Both the position numbers and the translations under genes were made by a program. Below the pieces are notes generated by a model. The model worked only from the letters and a program-made list of their open reading frames with translations, was not told the DNA's origin and searched no databases. DNA of 64,000 bases from the human T2T-CHM13v2.0 reference genome, Homo sapiens: the NCBI RefSeq assembly GCF_009914755.1, contig NC_060931.1, one strand, 5' to 3'. Each line of letters opens with the position of its first letter. Positions within the stretch are counted from its first letter, which is position 1. Below, piece after piece: positions 28,660 to 43,224 of this stretch.

Positions 28660-29160
28660 TAATACCCCATGGCCCTTCCTGACATAGCCTTTGCCAACCT
28701 GGCCAGCCCTCCTTCCCTGCTCCTCTGCAGTCCACTACACTCCAGTCACCTTAAGCTGGCCTTGCCATCCTTTCTCTCTTACCTCAAAGACTTTACCCAA
28801 GCTGGTCCTTCTGCCTGGGAGCACACTTGCTTCCCCCTTCCCCTGGCTAACTCCTTCTTGCCTCCCAGGTCCCCATGTAGGTGCTGTCTTGGAAAAGTCA
28901 GATGCTTGTTTCCAGAAGTCTTGGAAAACTCAGGTGCTTTTCCAAGATGCATTTCCTTCAGCAGTCTTGGAAAAGTCAGCTGCTTCTCTTGTCTACTTCT
29001 ACAGCTCCCTAGACTATTGCAGCAGTTAGCACTCTATAGTATGATTTACCTACCTCTCCAACCTGCCTGCAAACGTCTCAAAGACAGTTTTCCCAGAACC
29101 TATGCCTGTGCCTGCCCAGCACATTGTCAGTGATCAATAAATACTTGCTAAACAAATGAC
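28660..29160 (+). mobile_element. L2 3' fragment
   Basis: gctggtccttctgcctgg...gcctgcccagcaca...caataaatacttgctaaacaaatga. Confidence 0.55.
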
Positions 29161-30296
29161 TCTCTCAACTCCCCCACCCTCCCCTTCCTTCTCTGCACCA
29201 CCAGCTGAGCTTCAAAATCAATCATTCCAACAACAATGTTAGAAACTTTTTCAATCCCCTCACACTCTGTATTACTATGCCTTACCAGCCCTGCTCATCC
29301 TCATCCCTGATTCAATTCAAACCTCTCTTTTCTTCCTGGGCCGCCCAACGCTGCTGGACAAATTGCACACAGATGCTGGACGGTACCATTCCAATCGAAG
29401 GGCTCCAGTCTCTAAGGAGCAATGAGTGGAGTTTAGCAATTTTATAACTTTCTCTAGTCTGGTACATTTTCCATCCCCTAAGCAGTTATTCTAAAACTTT
29501 CCTAGCATAGAGTTTAACTTAAGTCTTAGTTTGCTGCTGTCATGATCCCATCTGTCTGGAAATGTTGATAGAGCTATTAAGAAAGGGTCCTCTGAAATCT
29601 GCTGATATGGTGGCTTGAATTGTGTCCATAGCTGGGGTTTAGACTGCATAGTGAGGGGAATGAGGGAATCTGCAGATCCCTTCAAGAAGAATTATTGTAA
29701 GGCACAGCGATGTTGAGCTAATAACAGAGGCTTAATCATTGGAGCATTCTCAGGGATTCCAAGAATAGCAGGTGGCTATTATCCCTAAGCCAGTCTCTGG
29801 GTGCTTGTCTGTATATAAGAGAGAAAGATGCTATGAGTAAAAACTGAAGGAGCAGTTTCTCTTCATATTGCAGCCCATCAAGGCCTGGGTAACACAGCAT
29901 TGGACCATGCCAACACAGAAACTCAGAGGGGCCAGGTGGCTGCAGGCCAGAAGGAGCAGTGGGAAGGACTGTGGCCCAGAGGAGCTGAATAGCATCAGAG
30001 GAGTGACCTCTGTACCTGGTCATGCAGCAGCCACCCATGCAGGCCACTGGGAGAAACCCATGGTGGGTGCCCAGTGGGCCTCATGGACGCCCTGACACCA
30101 GAGGCGGAAGGGGGTATGCATGTATCTCTAAGCATGTAAAGACATTCTAGTAACCCCTGAAACACCTGTGGGGCTTTTTGAGGGGCTGATGAGCCTAGTG
30201 AAAAAGGAGATACTGAGCTAGAGTGACCTCGGTTACAGTTTACTACTTTTCTTAATCTTTGCACTGAATTTGCCTCCTACTTCACAGAGCAAATAA

Positions 30297-30713
<417 letters not shown>

Positions 30714-31073
30714 TAGGAGAGAGAGAAAGAGCACAGTGGAGCTCCCACAGGGGAGTGAGGGGCAATGCTGATGGGAAGAAGAAAAGTGTAGTGAACATGT
30801 CTGAGGCTAGGGCAGATGGTCTCAGGGAAATTCTAAAGAAAATCTAAACTTCGTTCTATAGCACCACTGAATCCGTTAAGAATAGTTCCTTCTTGAAAGG
30901 AGGAGACATGTCTTAGTAATCTTTGTATTGCCAGTGACAAATACAAGTTCTGGCACCTAGTAAAAGCAAGATGGATAAATGAATGAATAAGTAGAGGAAT
31001 TAAGGAACCCCCTAACTAGGATGACTTGATGTTTCCTACAGAAAAGAAATTTAAGAATAATAGCTTTCATAGC

Positions 31074-31413
31074 TGCAACAATCTGAATGTCCCCCAAAAT
31101 TCATGTGTTGAAACTTTATTACCAATGTGACAGTATTAAGAGGTAAAGCCTTTAGGAGATAATTAAATCATGAGGGCAGAGTTCTTGTGAATGAGACTAG
31201 TGACCTTATAAAAGAGGTGCAAGGAAGCATTTGCCCCTTCACCATCCAAGGCGCTGTCTTGGAAGCAGAAAGCACCCCTTACCAGCCTCCAAATTTGCTG
31301 GTGCCTTGATCTTGGACTTCTCGGTCTTTAGAACTGTGAGAAATACATTTCTATTATTTATGAATGACCTAGTCTCTGGTATTTGATTATAGCAGCACAA
31401 ACAGAGTAAGACA
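31074..31413 (+). mobile_element. MaLR solo LTR (MLT1A/MSTD-like)
   Basis: TG...CA ends; cccccaaaattcatgtgttgaa and gccttgatcttggacttc; 5-bp TSD ATAGC. Confidence 0.88.
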
Positions 31414-33349
31414 ATAGCTAAAATAATATTCACCCAGGGACTTCATTTAGTTCTATGAATATGAATACAAGAGATACAGCCTGGTCTTCAGTGCAGAACC
31501 CCAGACTCTTGGGAAGGAAGAAAAGCTCACTCAGATCTGGACTATGTCTACATCAATACTTCACAATATTTTAAAATCATATACCCACCAGGAAAAATCT
31601 TACTTGCCACAGTCCTCCGGCATAAGGGTTGAGGGTTGGGAGGGAACGGTCTGCCAGGGGGCAGTGGGCTGGGCTTTGAAAAGTTAGTGAAGGAAGAAGA
31701 AGGAACAAAGAAAATGGAAGAAACAGCAGGCTTCACAAACACAAAACCAAGCCACCATGGCAGCTTTAGTTTGGGAGGAGGCTGAAGTCTAACTCAGGAA
31801 GGAAGAAGTGGTGCCACCCATTGAAATCTCGTCTGAATATCTTTGCCAGTGGACTGTTGCATCAAAATGCCCTCCCAGAGAATAACTTTCCCCGGCGTAT
31901 AGGTAAGATGAACTAGAGTTCCTCTTATGTCACATCAAAAAAAAAAACTTAGATTGGTATGGAAAGGCAATAAACTTAAAAGCAGTGTATCTGTTATGTT
32001 TTTCTCCCAAGATTGACATTTATCAATAAATATCAGCTTCTACCTGGTCCAGACATGTGATATTTAGTCATACATGTCACATTTGCAGTGAAAAAGTTCA
32101 CTGACCAAAAAGATAAAATGAAACAAAGTAAATCATTTAAATTAAATATTTTCTTTATTAGATTTCATTTTCCAGCTGTTTTAACGTAATAGAATTTTTT
32201 TCCTTAATTTCAAACTACATAATGCTTTCTGACTGAATGGTGATTATCTTTCCAGCCCAATGGCCTTTTTCTGTCAATGGCAATTAAATCCACAAAGATG
32301 ATTTCTTTCTAACATTTGAGATTCTTGCTTTCCCATTGTACAGCAGACGTTTCGCTCAAGTCAACCAGATTTTGTTAGGAAATTTTATTTGATAAGACAG
32401 GATCCAAAAGTCCCAAATTCAGATGCAAACATCTTAGGGGCGTGCCAATGGCAAATGTTTTACTGTGTAATTACTACAGGTCTTTGCATATTGATAGAAT
32501 GAAAACCAGATCTGCTGATATTGTATTTTCTGTTTTGTTTTCTTTAGGTGTATTTTCTGGATTCCCATCTCTCTTTGTTTCAATAAAGACATCTGCAACA
32601 TTTCCTTAAATGTTATTTACTATTGTGGGGCTACATAGTTTTTTACATGAGAATTTAAATCTCATCTCAAATGATCATTGCCTACCACTTAGTGAGCATG
32701 GGTGCGTCTTTTAGAAAAAGGTGAAAGAAATAGACCTCAAAAACAAAAAAACTCTGCATCTTATTTTCAGACCATAAAAAAATAGCCAAGTCACAGTACA
32801 ATACTAAGCTTTAATTCTTCCTTTTTTCCCCTTCTCTAAACTATGCAAATCAATTCTAACATGTTGATGTGCTTTAAATGGTTTTTACAGTCTCACAACT
32901 GCAGCTAGAACCCTTCACTTATTCCTCTGACAATAGATGAAACTCATTGAAACAATCCAATTGATCCTATGCTTTCATCCAGAATGTCATTTTTTTCTAC
33001 CTGGTTTTTATTCAGCAATCTAAATACAATTAGATTCTACCAACGACCAATGAGCAGTATTTGATGCAGGTGTTTGGAAAGAAAAAAAAAATTAAGAAAA
33101 CTCTTCTAGAGTCAGATCTTTTTCCTAAATGCCCAGATAGGAAAGACAAATCAGCTCACATTTTATTAGGCCTACAGAAGGAACCTGACCAAGAGGATCT
33201 GAAGTGTTGTTTTTCCTCCATTTCGCTTTAACTGAGGATTACACCTTAGGCAATCATATTTTTTTGTTTGGATTTTTATATTCTATTTGAGTATAACATT
33301 ATTTTATCTGGGCCACTATAGACATTTGAGCAAAGCTATTTAGCTTTAA

Positions 33350-33600
33350 TAAGAATAATAACTGCCACTTATTAAGCTTCCTGCCAGGAACTGAACTAAT
33401 ATCACCAAAAAAATTATGTGTGTATGTATACACATGCATTTGTATGTATTTAATTTTCACAACAACCCCATGAAGGAGATCTTATTACCTCCATTATAAA
33501 GATGAGGAAAATAAAGTTTAGAAAGCTTAAATAACTTACCCAAGAAAATATCAGAGGTAGAAATTAAAGCCATGCCTGTCTGATTAGAGTTCATGACCTG
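33350..33600 (-). mobile_element. MIR
   Basis: cacaacaaccccatgaag...gatgaggaaa...ttaaataacttacccaag. Confidence 0.7.
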
Positions 33601-34406
33601 AATCTCTCTGCTAAAGGCCATATGGTATTCATTGTATATTCTTCATTCCTAAAATGCTTGTCATCCAAGAACATAGGCCTCTAATCCCAGAATCACTGGT
33701 GTAAGGTCTCTAATCCACTTGAAACCCAGAGCAAAACTTCTCCAAATTTTGAGCTTTCAGAAACTTCTAGCGTTTCCAAAAATGTAGATATGCATGGGCA
33801 ATGAAGATGACATATCATATGTGTTCTCTGGCAATCACTCATACCTGGTAGTCAGGGGAAAAGAAATAAAATAATAATAACCTGTGTTTATCTCCCTGCA
33901 AACTTCTCCCACCCCGTAGGCTCAGAGGAATAATTAGCTGCTCTAGCTGTTTTGAAGAGTGGTTCCAAAAGTAGCTCAAATCACAAATATAACAAAATGT
34001 TACTATCTTTTGAGAATCAGAAAGTGGTTTCACTCAAATCTAAATATCTTGATGTGCAGTAGAATCACTGATATGTTTTTTAAAGGGAGAAAGTTTGAAA
34101 TTTACAATCATGAAACCTGCTATTTACCTCCATGGTACTTGCATATAATAGAGCACTTTGTAATCGTGCACAGTGAAGATCATTAAAGCACTTCACTAAT
34201 GTACAGATGCACTTTGATGGAAAAAAAGAAAAAAGGTGGCACTCTTTCAACTGAACAGAAGTTTTCTTTAATTTGTAAAGAAAAAAAGAGTTCATTCTAG
34301 AATGATATCCTGCATAAAGCTGTTGAAATACGCTATTTCAATCACTGTTTCAAACACAAGGGATTTTCTTTTCCTAACAGTTCCTCCTTTTTAAAAAAAA
34401 ATTATT

Positions 34407-34656
34407 CTCACACCTGTAATCTCAGCACTTTGGGAGGCCGAGGCAGGTGGATCGCAAGGTCAAGAGATCAAGACCATCCTGGCTAACATGGTGAAACCCC
34501 ATCTCTACTAAAAATACAAAAAATTAGCCAGGCTCCCAGCTACTCAGGAGGCTGAGGCAGGAGAATGGCTTGAAACCGGGTGGCGGAGCTTGCAGTAAGC
34601 CGAGATTGCACCACTGAACTCCAGCCTGGGTGACAGAGCAAGACTCCATCTCAAAA

Positions 34657-34683
<27 letters not shown>
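34407..34683 (+). mobile_element. AluSc/Y-like, slightly 5'-truncated and internally deleted, with (CA)n tail
   Basis: ggtcaagagatcaagaccatcctggctaac; start of the right arm is missing. Confidence 0.92.
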
Positions 34684-34687
<4 letters not shown>

Positions 34688-34690
34688 ATA

Positions 34691-34899
34691 TTTTTTTTTT
34701 TCATTTTACTTTCAGTTCTGGGATACATGTGCAGAGCGTACAGGTTTGTTACATAGCTATACATGTGCCATGGTGGTTTGCTGCACCTATCAACCCATCA
34801 TCTAGGTTTTGAGCCCCACATGCATTAGGTATTTGTCCTAATGCCCTTCCTCCCTTTGCCCGCCACAACAGGCCCTGGTGTGTGCTGTTTTCCTCCCTG
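34691..34899 (-). mobile_element. Short L1PA 3' end
   Basis: ggatacatgtgcagagcgtacaggtttgttacat; 16-bp TSD at 34352-34367 / 34900-34915 also encloses the adjacent Alu. Confidence 0.9.
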
Positions 34900-36643
34900 A
34901 AACACAAGGGATTTTATATAGCCATTAGTTACAACTTATAGTTTAACTTTCTCAAAACCCATTCTATACTGTTCACTTGTTCAAATGACATTTGATCTGT
35001 GTTTTTAATTAAACATTTTGCTATTAAACTGAAATTTTAGAAAACAAGAGAATGAGAATCAGGCATAATAATTGCAGCTTTCCCCTACAGGTGAAAAAGC
35101 CAAACAGTCTCCCACCCTGAAGGCACTAAGACAGGAAGATGAAGATTTCCAAGAATTTTCGAAACAATAATTGATGTGTTTTGCCCATTTTTGAAAATCT
35201 GTAATTTCCAAAAAATTATTAAACATAAACTTGTATATTCATTGCTCATTTGTGGAAAATGTGGATAACTTCTTTATTTTGATGATAGAAGAAAGCAAAG
35301 AAAAAAATGAAAGTGAATTGTTAAAAAACAATCTCAATATTAGCGATGAGTTTGTCCTCAACCATTTGGAGCTTTGGATTTCAAACAGGGCAAATAAACA
35401 TGATCTGAAATAGCTTAAAACAAAGTCAGTTTTCATTTTTTAGCATCCACCAAAAGAGCTTTTTATATAATCACAAATACATTCTGATTTAGTGATAAAA
35501 ACCATAGGTTGGTAATAATAATGTTACTGATGATTAAGAATCTACCAAAGGCCAATTACATACTAATTGTATTATAAAAATTATCTCATTTAATTTAATT
35601 CTCACTTTACATATGAAGAAACTAATGCTCATGGGGTCACAGCACCAGGCGGCAACCCAGTGTGTTTGTAAGGCCATCTTTTTGGCTTGGTTAAGATGTG
35701 TAGTTGGCCTAATGGAGTAATTTTGTGATTGTCCCCGACAATAACAACCTGATGCACGACCAATGCAGAGAAAGAAAAAAGGCTCAAATCTAAAGGGCAG
35801 GATGGCCACTCTTCAGAGTGCAGCATAGCCATGGCCAACCACATGTCATGTTTCATAAGAGCCCTTGGTCAACACGGAACGACTAATAAAGGAAAATGTT
35901 GGGAGAGTTTGCCACTCTTCCCTCCCTTAGATCTACTCCCTTCCCTTTGATGAGGACATTTGGGAATGCTTTTACAGAAACTCTTCATGAGTTTTCTTCA
36001 TCAGCAACTCAGACCATTCAGCCCTTTGCTCACTTCAGTGGGATGACCTGTCTACCTCCTCTTTACCAGTCTCTTGCTCCCTCTGGGACCCAGCTCTCAG
36101 GTCTCAGAAAGCCTCCTCTGACCTGCCACTGCCCAAACTGATCACTCCTCAGTTGCCTTCTTTCCTCACTCTGTACAGTGCTTGCAATCTTCCTTCCCCG
36201 CCCACAAGTTCTTCAAGGGCCAAAATTCTACTCCCACTTCTCCTGTCTCTCCAAGTGCCTACTAAATTAATGCATTAATATTAATTTTATTCTTCAACCT
36301 AATGGTTGAAGATTCAGAACCCAGAGGATACGATCTCTAAACCAAGCTAATCTGTTAGGGTGCCCATGACTCAGGGACTCACTCAGACTGCTTAATGCAT
36401 TATTCAGCCAGAGTATTGATTCTGTTTTCCATCAGTAATAAATGTACATGCCCTGTTTCCAAACAATATCTCAGTAAGTATGAGATAATTCAACTTCAGT
36501 TAAAACCCGCCACTGGTTTCATGAGCTGCTTAAGCACTACTTTTTATGAGCTCAGTGCTCCTGGGTTCATCAAAATTCTTGTCTGTGAATGAGCCTTCTT
36601 AATTACGTCTCTCTGGATTTTGGCGTCACTCCTCATTATGTAA

Positions 36644-37002
<359 letters not shown>

Positions 37003-38702
37003 TAGGAGTTTTGTAGCATGAAAATTTGTTTAGCTTACGCAAAGTCCAGTTTGGACTTCGGAGAACAAGGTTGTCCTCCATCTAGTCACTGTGGCAGGGG
37101 AAGACAGCAGATGAAAGGACAACTGCTTCCACCTAAAAATGACTCCTATGTCTTCCATTCATAGTTCGTCAATTGGCCAAAGCTGGTCACATGGTCCCAA
37201 CCTGCTTGCAAGGGAAATTAGGAAATGCTCCCAGTTCTCACCACCCCACTGGCTCATGCCCATGTTTTCCGTTATCTATGTTCTGTCATAGATGGAATGT
37301 GCTTGTTTTATCCATACTTTCCTAACCCTACGTTCCTTGAAGTAGGGGCTTTGTCATATCCAGCACAGCTTAAGAATGCTTATTGGGTTCACAACAATCA
37401 GAATGGATCCAAAAGTGTCTCTGAGAAAACAGAAACAAGAAAAAGAACAACATTTATTGAAATTCAAAGGCAAAAGCCTCTCTTTAGAAAACGCTTCCCC
37501 ATTTTCTCATGTTTGGTGGGTAGAACAAGACGGCATCACTTGAAAACATTGGCCATAACTGAACAATATATTACAGATTTGTTTAATATTGGCAGTTCTT
37601 TAAAAATGTTCCTTTGAACAGAATCTCAGCAAAGCGAAGCTTTCCCTCCCAGCACTGCTTTAAAAGTTAGGAGGCAGCTTTCTGCCCATTCCAAATCACC
37701 AAAAGTAAAGTATCAAGTCATAAATGCCCCCCAGTGACTGACTGAGCTAGCCAGGCTCTTTTTTTCCCTTCTACTTCGCGGAAAGAAAAGACAGTAAAAG
37801 TTCCTTCAGCAAGCTGCCAAGGTGCTCCCAGGCCATTGTGCAGAATCATTGTCAGGTTAAATTAGGGAGTACAGACTCCATGAGTGTAAAAAAATCAATA
37901 CTTGATGGAAGATTGCTCCCCGGAAAATCTGTTTTGATTCCAGGATTAATTCGCGACCAAAGGCTTCTGCAAAATGACATGCCATTAGTCAGAAAATGAA
38001 CACATTCTATCCTTGAAATTGGATGGAAATATGTCAGCTGATTGACCCATTCTTTCTCTTCACTCTCTGGGCAGAAAGAGTGGGTGTGGTAGCTGTGTGA
38101 ATTAGTGCCCCAAACCTGGTCCATTTTCAAAACAGGATAAAAAATATATTTTTTTAAAGTCCAATGTGAATTGTGAGTAGTCTCTAGGCCATTGTTGGAG
38201 AGCTATTGCAAATGTGTTTCATCAAGGCAAATGCATTTGTCTGGAAGGCCCAACTCTCCTGAGTTTTCTATGCCTCAGAATCAACCCTGCTAAGAATCTG
38301 AAAATAAAACAAGGATTTTCCCCCTCAAAGCAGTGACCTGCAATATTAATGACAATGCAATTTCTTTGTCATATATAAAGTAACACTCCTCACACTCCTT
38401 GTCTGTTAGGCTTCTTCAACTAAAAACTTTTTGGAAGAAGCAAGTTACAGCTCTTCAGTTGGGCTAATGTCACAGGTCTTCAGGGCCTCTCCTTGTGCAG
38501 TGAGATGGGCAGCAGGGATGAATGTGATTCCACAGACTTTAACACATGTAAAAGTCACTCTCTTTATCTCCTTTAAATCAAACTCAATCTGATTCTGAAG
38601 CTATCAGTCATCATTAGGAGTGTTTCTTCCTCCCCACAATGATGAAAAGGCCCCAGGAGCTTTGACAGAACAAATGGTTCAGGGACACCCTTCACCCTTC
38701 TC

Positions 38703-39023
38703 ATTATTTACTTATTTATTTATTTTATTTATTTATTTTTTGAGACAGAGTCTCCCTCTGTCACCCAGGCTGGAGGGCAGTAGCACAATCTCAGCTCACT
38801 GCAACCTCCACCTCCCGGGTTCAAGCGATTCTCCTACCTCAGTCTCCTGAGTAGCTGGGACCAAAGGCACACACCACCGTTCCTGGCTAATTTTTGTGTT
38901 TTTAGTAGACATGGGGTTTCACCATGTTGGCCAGGCTGGTCTCGAACTCCTGACCTCAAGCAATCTACCTGCCTCGGCCTCCCAAAGTGCTGGGATTACA
39001 GGCATGAGCCACTGCACCCGGCC
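38703..39023 (-). mobile_element. AluS with (TTTA)n tail
   Basis: Full dimeric Alu, antisense. Confidence 0.95.
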
Positions 39024-41200
39024 ACACACCTTCTCTTCTTCTATCTATTCCAGTCACCACTGATGGTCTCGTGGTCCAAGCCTGCAGTCTCTTGAAGGCA
39101 CGTGGTCCTACTATTTTACTCAGGCACAGAAAACCTTGTCAACCTTGGAGTTCTGGCACCTAGATTCAGACTTCTCTCTCCTCTCCACTTCCACACACCC
39201 ACCAACTGCTCTAAAAGACACACATGTCTCTCTCCTGTTTCTCCTCCTCCAGTCTCCTCAATAAGCTCATCATTGCAAAAACTAACAGAAGAAAAAGAAG
39301 TTGTTTTCCAACACCAAGTTATCTGGCCTTTTTGCAAGTGAGCACAAATTCCTTGTTTGCTTTTTGGAATTTGGGAGGGGGAAATTAAAGGAAGACGAAA
39401 CCCACTTAATATATTAATAATTCATATAACTACAGACACACCCTGAAAGGCGAGTTCTGCAGCATCTCCATCAAAGCTTCCCAGGCTGTCCCTGCCTCTG
39501 CCCACTGAGACACAGGCCTCATCTCCTGGGAGAAAAGGGCATTTTAATCTACTTGCTGATGTCCTCTGGGCCTGCACCATGGCTGCTAACAGTGTCAAAC
39601 ATGCTGAATGTGTGGAACGAGAGGGGGGTCACGACATCAGCTGTTTGTATTCATTTCGCTGGGAGAGAATTTGCCAAGGTGAAGCTCACCTCCTTCTCAG
39701 AGCCCTTTCCCTGCAAATACCAAAGACAAAGACAGAAATCACACAGCTAACAACCAGGTGGCAGAAACAGTCCCCTCAGGAGAGGACTTACGGGACTGAG
39801 CCTCATTACTCATGGTGACTTCATTAGAATCCTTCACTCGGAGTAAATGAAGATGGCAGGAGATTGTCTCAAAACCAGCATTTAAAAAAGAAAAGCTTCA
39901 GCATTACTGCAGAGGCACTGGTACTCCAGAGAACTCCTTGTTATCCCAGCTTAACAGTTGGCCCTCTGGACTATAGTCTGTGTTGACAATATTCCATGTT
40001 CAGGGGGGAAAACGAACCTTACAAAGAAAACAGATGCCAACACCCAAAGATGGCATATCAGCCAACATAAGGCATGTAATTTCAAGACTTCAATTTGCCA
40101 GACCAGCCTGAGCCTTTAGGCACCCGAATTAGTGGCCCCAGGGTGCAATTACAGTAGCATGAATCTTCGCTCTTTAAAAATGTGTGAATTATTGTGAAAT
40201 GAAATAAATAAAGTAAATGACTAAACAGTTCTATCAGAAGGTTTTCTCACAGTTGCTTGTAAATGGGAAGAAGAAAGTATCGAAGTCACATTAAACACCA
40301 ATATGTTCTAGTAACACATAATAATCATGTTTATTCTTTTGCATGGTTACTGATACGCTAGGATTATCATAAGCCAAAAATAAAACTTCTGAACAAATGG
40401 AAAGAAAACTGTCAATATCCAGTCCCCTCTAAACATGAAAAGATCAGTTTCAACTGGAATTAAGACCACATCTCTGAAACCTTTCCCAAGTAAATAGAGA
40501 TTGAAGAAGTTGGTGTTATAATTGACTACACCATAACATTTCCCCTTTCCCACAAGGATCTTAAATATTAATGCTCAGTTGCTGAAAATCTCTCTCTCTT
40601 ATTTCTATTTTTGAACATCACAATCTCATAGACTAGAAACACACCCAGCCTTTGCACAGCAGAACATAGGGACTGGAATGCCAGATAAGAAATCCAGAAA
40701 CTTGGCTCCTTTGGCCAAGTCTTCCATGAGCTCAGAATTTTAGGATCTTCTACAAAGTACAAGACTTTCCTAAATCATAGACAATTGGAAAGATTTTCAG
40801 ATCATGTTCTCAGAACTCCTCGTATTCTCTTTTGCACACACATTGAAGAACACACACACGTGTGTGTGTGTGTGTACACACAAGTTGGGGATGTGGTAAT
40901 TTATGCGTTGAGGAAGAAGCATTTGAAGTAAGTGCTGTGGTATCTCCAAATGTGTGAATGGTAAAATGATTACTGAAAATGATGATTAGGTCCCCTCTGA
41001 CCTTTTCAACTCTAAGGCAACTTGATGCCACAATGTTTGACTGATGAATAATGTTTCATGGCAGAGCTTAAATAACAGTGACTGTGCATATCCTTTGTTT
41101 ATACTCAGATAAACCTGAACCAAACCAGCCTTGAAACTCTGTTGAAAGGGAAAGAAGATATTCGAGATGCAGCTGCAACTAATTCAAAAGAGTCTCCTTA

Positions 41201-41554
<354 letters not shown>

Positions 41555-42034
41555 CTATACAGTGAAAATGTGGAAGTTTTAGGACTGGAAGATGAAAAGA
41601 TGGTTTCTAGAGAAAGGTCTTACCCACTCTTAAGTAATATCCATATGTACCCTCTGAAAAATCACTGACTTATTTGAATCACTTGTATTCAATCTTTTGA
41701 ATGACCAACTTCTGCCCAAATAACAGAATCCACAGGGAGGCAGTAAAACTTAGTAAGGCAGCCATAATCCACCAGGTGGGCCATTTTCTGGTCTGGAATG
41801 TTTTGTCCTTAGCATTGTTTAGTGAGGGGTTAAAGAGATGTAACCCCTAGAGGGTTAGCACAGGCAGAATTGCAGACAGCCCAGAGCTCCATGAGGAGAA
41901 CCTGCTCTCCTGCCACCTTTTCTTTGTCCTCTGGCTTCCCAGTCACACTCAAAAGGCTGGGGGTCATGGAGGCCACTAGAGAGCTGTGAGGGGAGCTGCC
42001 ACAGAGTCCACTCTAGGTGCACAAATCACTATAT

Positions 42035-42049
42035 ACACACACACACACA

Positions 42050-42082
<33 letters not shown>
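42035..42082. repeat. Compound (CA)n(CT)n microsatellite
   Basis: Directly visible. Confidence 0.9.
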
Positions 42083-42084
<2 letters not shown>

Positions 42085-42902
42085 TCTGAGATGCTTTCTC
42101 GGCTATGGAAAGGATAGCCATGCCGTTGGCGTCAGAGCTCAGTTCAACCCCGGCTATATCGCTCCCGCCTCCACTTTGGCTCACACAGTTCTACTTTTCC
42201 TAATTAACTTGACTCAATGTCCTTTCCCTTCTTTCCACCTCAACAGCACTTACCAGGCACACAGACAAACATTGTTCCTTGACAATATTTTTTGGAGGTC
42301 TTTGCTGTAAGTTGAAGCATGAAGCATCTCAGGAGATATAAGATTTGACATCAGACTGAACCTGAATCAAGCTCTGATTGGGAGACCCTTGGAAAAATTA
42401 CTTAAACTTGCTCAGCTTAACTTACTGGCCCATTAGCCATCTGAGAGAGAGGCCTTTTTCCAAAGATGGTCTTTACCACTGCTTCATAACAGGTGCTCAA
42501 TGCATCTTAACCCTCCCCCTGCACTCTGGACCCTTCTCCATGTGCCTACTCCTTGTCTTTCCAACTATAGTGTGAGCAACTCCAATGGAGTGACCACTTC
42601 TGTTACCAGGCGCTTCTAAGTGAGCACGGCATGGTTTGATGTTAAAGATAAATGGGTCCAGATCCCAGCTGCCATTCTCTGCCCTTCCTGTGAAAGTTGG
42701 AACGAGTTATTTGACCTCTTGAAGTACCAAATTCCTTATCAACTGGGGATGAAATAATCATCATTCAAAGGGTTGATGTGAAAAATCCATGACATGAGTA
42801 CCTAGCACATTAAGGGCACTGAGTAGGTGGCCCATAAAAGAATCATCTTTTTCCTAATAAATGTTCTTTCATTTTATAAACTGTATCTAAATAATGTTTC
42901 TG

Positions 42903-43187
42903 GGCCAGGTGTGGTGGCTCACACCAGTAATCTCAGCACTTTTGGAGTCTGAGGTGAGTGGATCACTTGAGGTCAGGAGTTCAAGACCAGCCTGATCAAC
43001 ATGGTAAAACCCCATCCACTAAAAATACAAAAGTTAGCCAGGCATGGTCATGGGCGCCTGTAGTCTCAGCTACTCAGGAGGCTGAGGCATGAGAATCGCT
43101 TGAACCTGGGAGGTGGAGGTTGCAGTGAGCCAAGACTGTGCCACTGCATTCCAGCCTCGGCAACAGAGTGAGACTCTGTCTCAAAAA
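42903..43187 (+). mobile_element. AluS
   Basis: Dimeric Alu whose tail has expanded into a purine repeat. Confidence 0.95.
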
Positions 43188-43188
43188 T

Positions 43189-43189
<1 letters not shown>

Positions 43190-43224
<35 letters not shown>

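Noticed and set aside
28886-28985. CRISPR-like repeat-spacer pattern
   Set aside because: Eukaryotic DNA, only three units with irregular 10- and 24-nt spacers, no cas genes.
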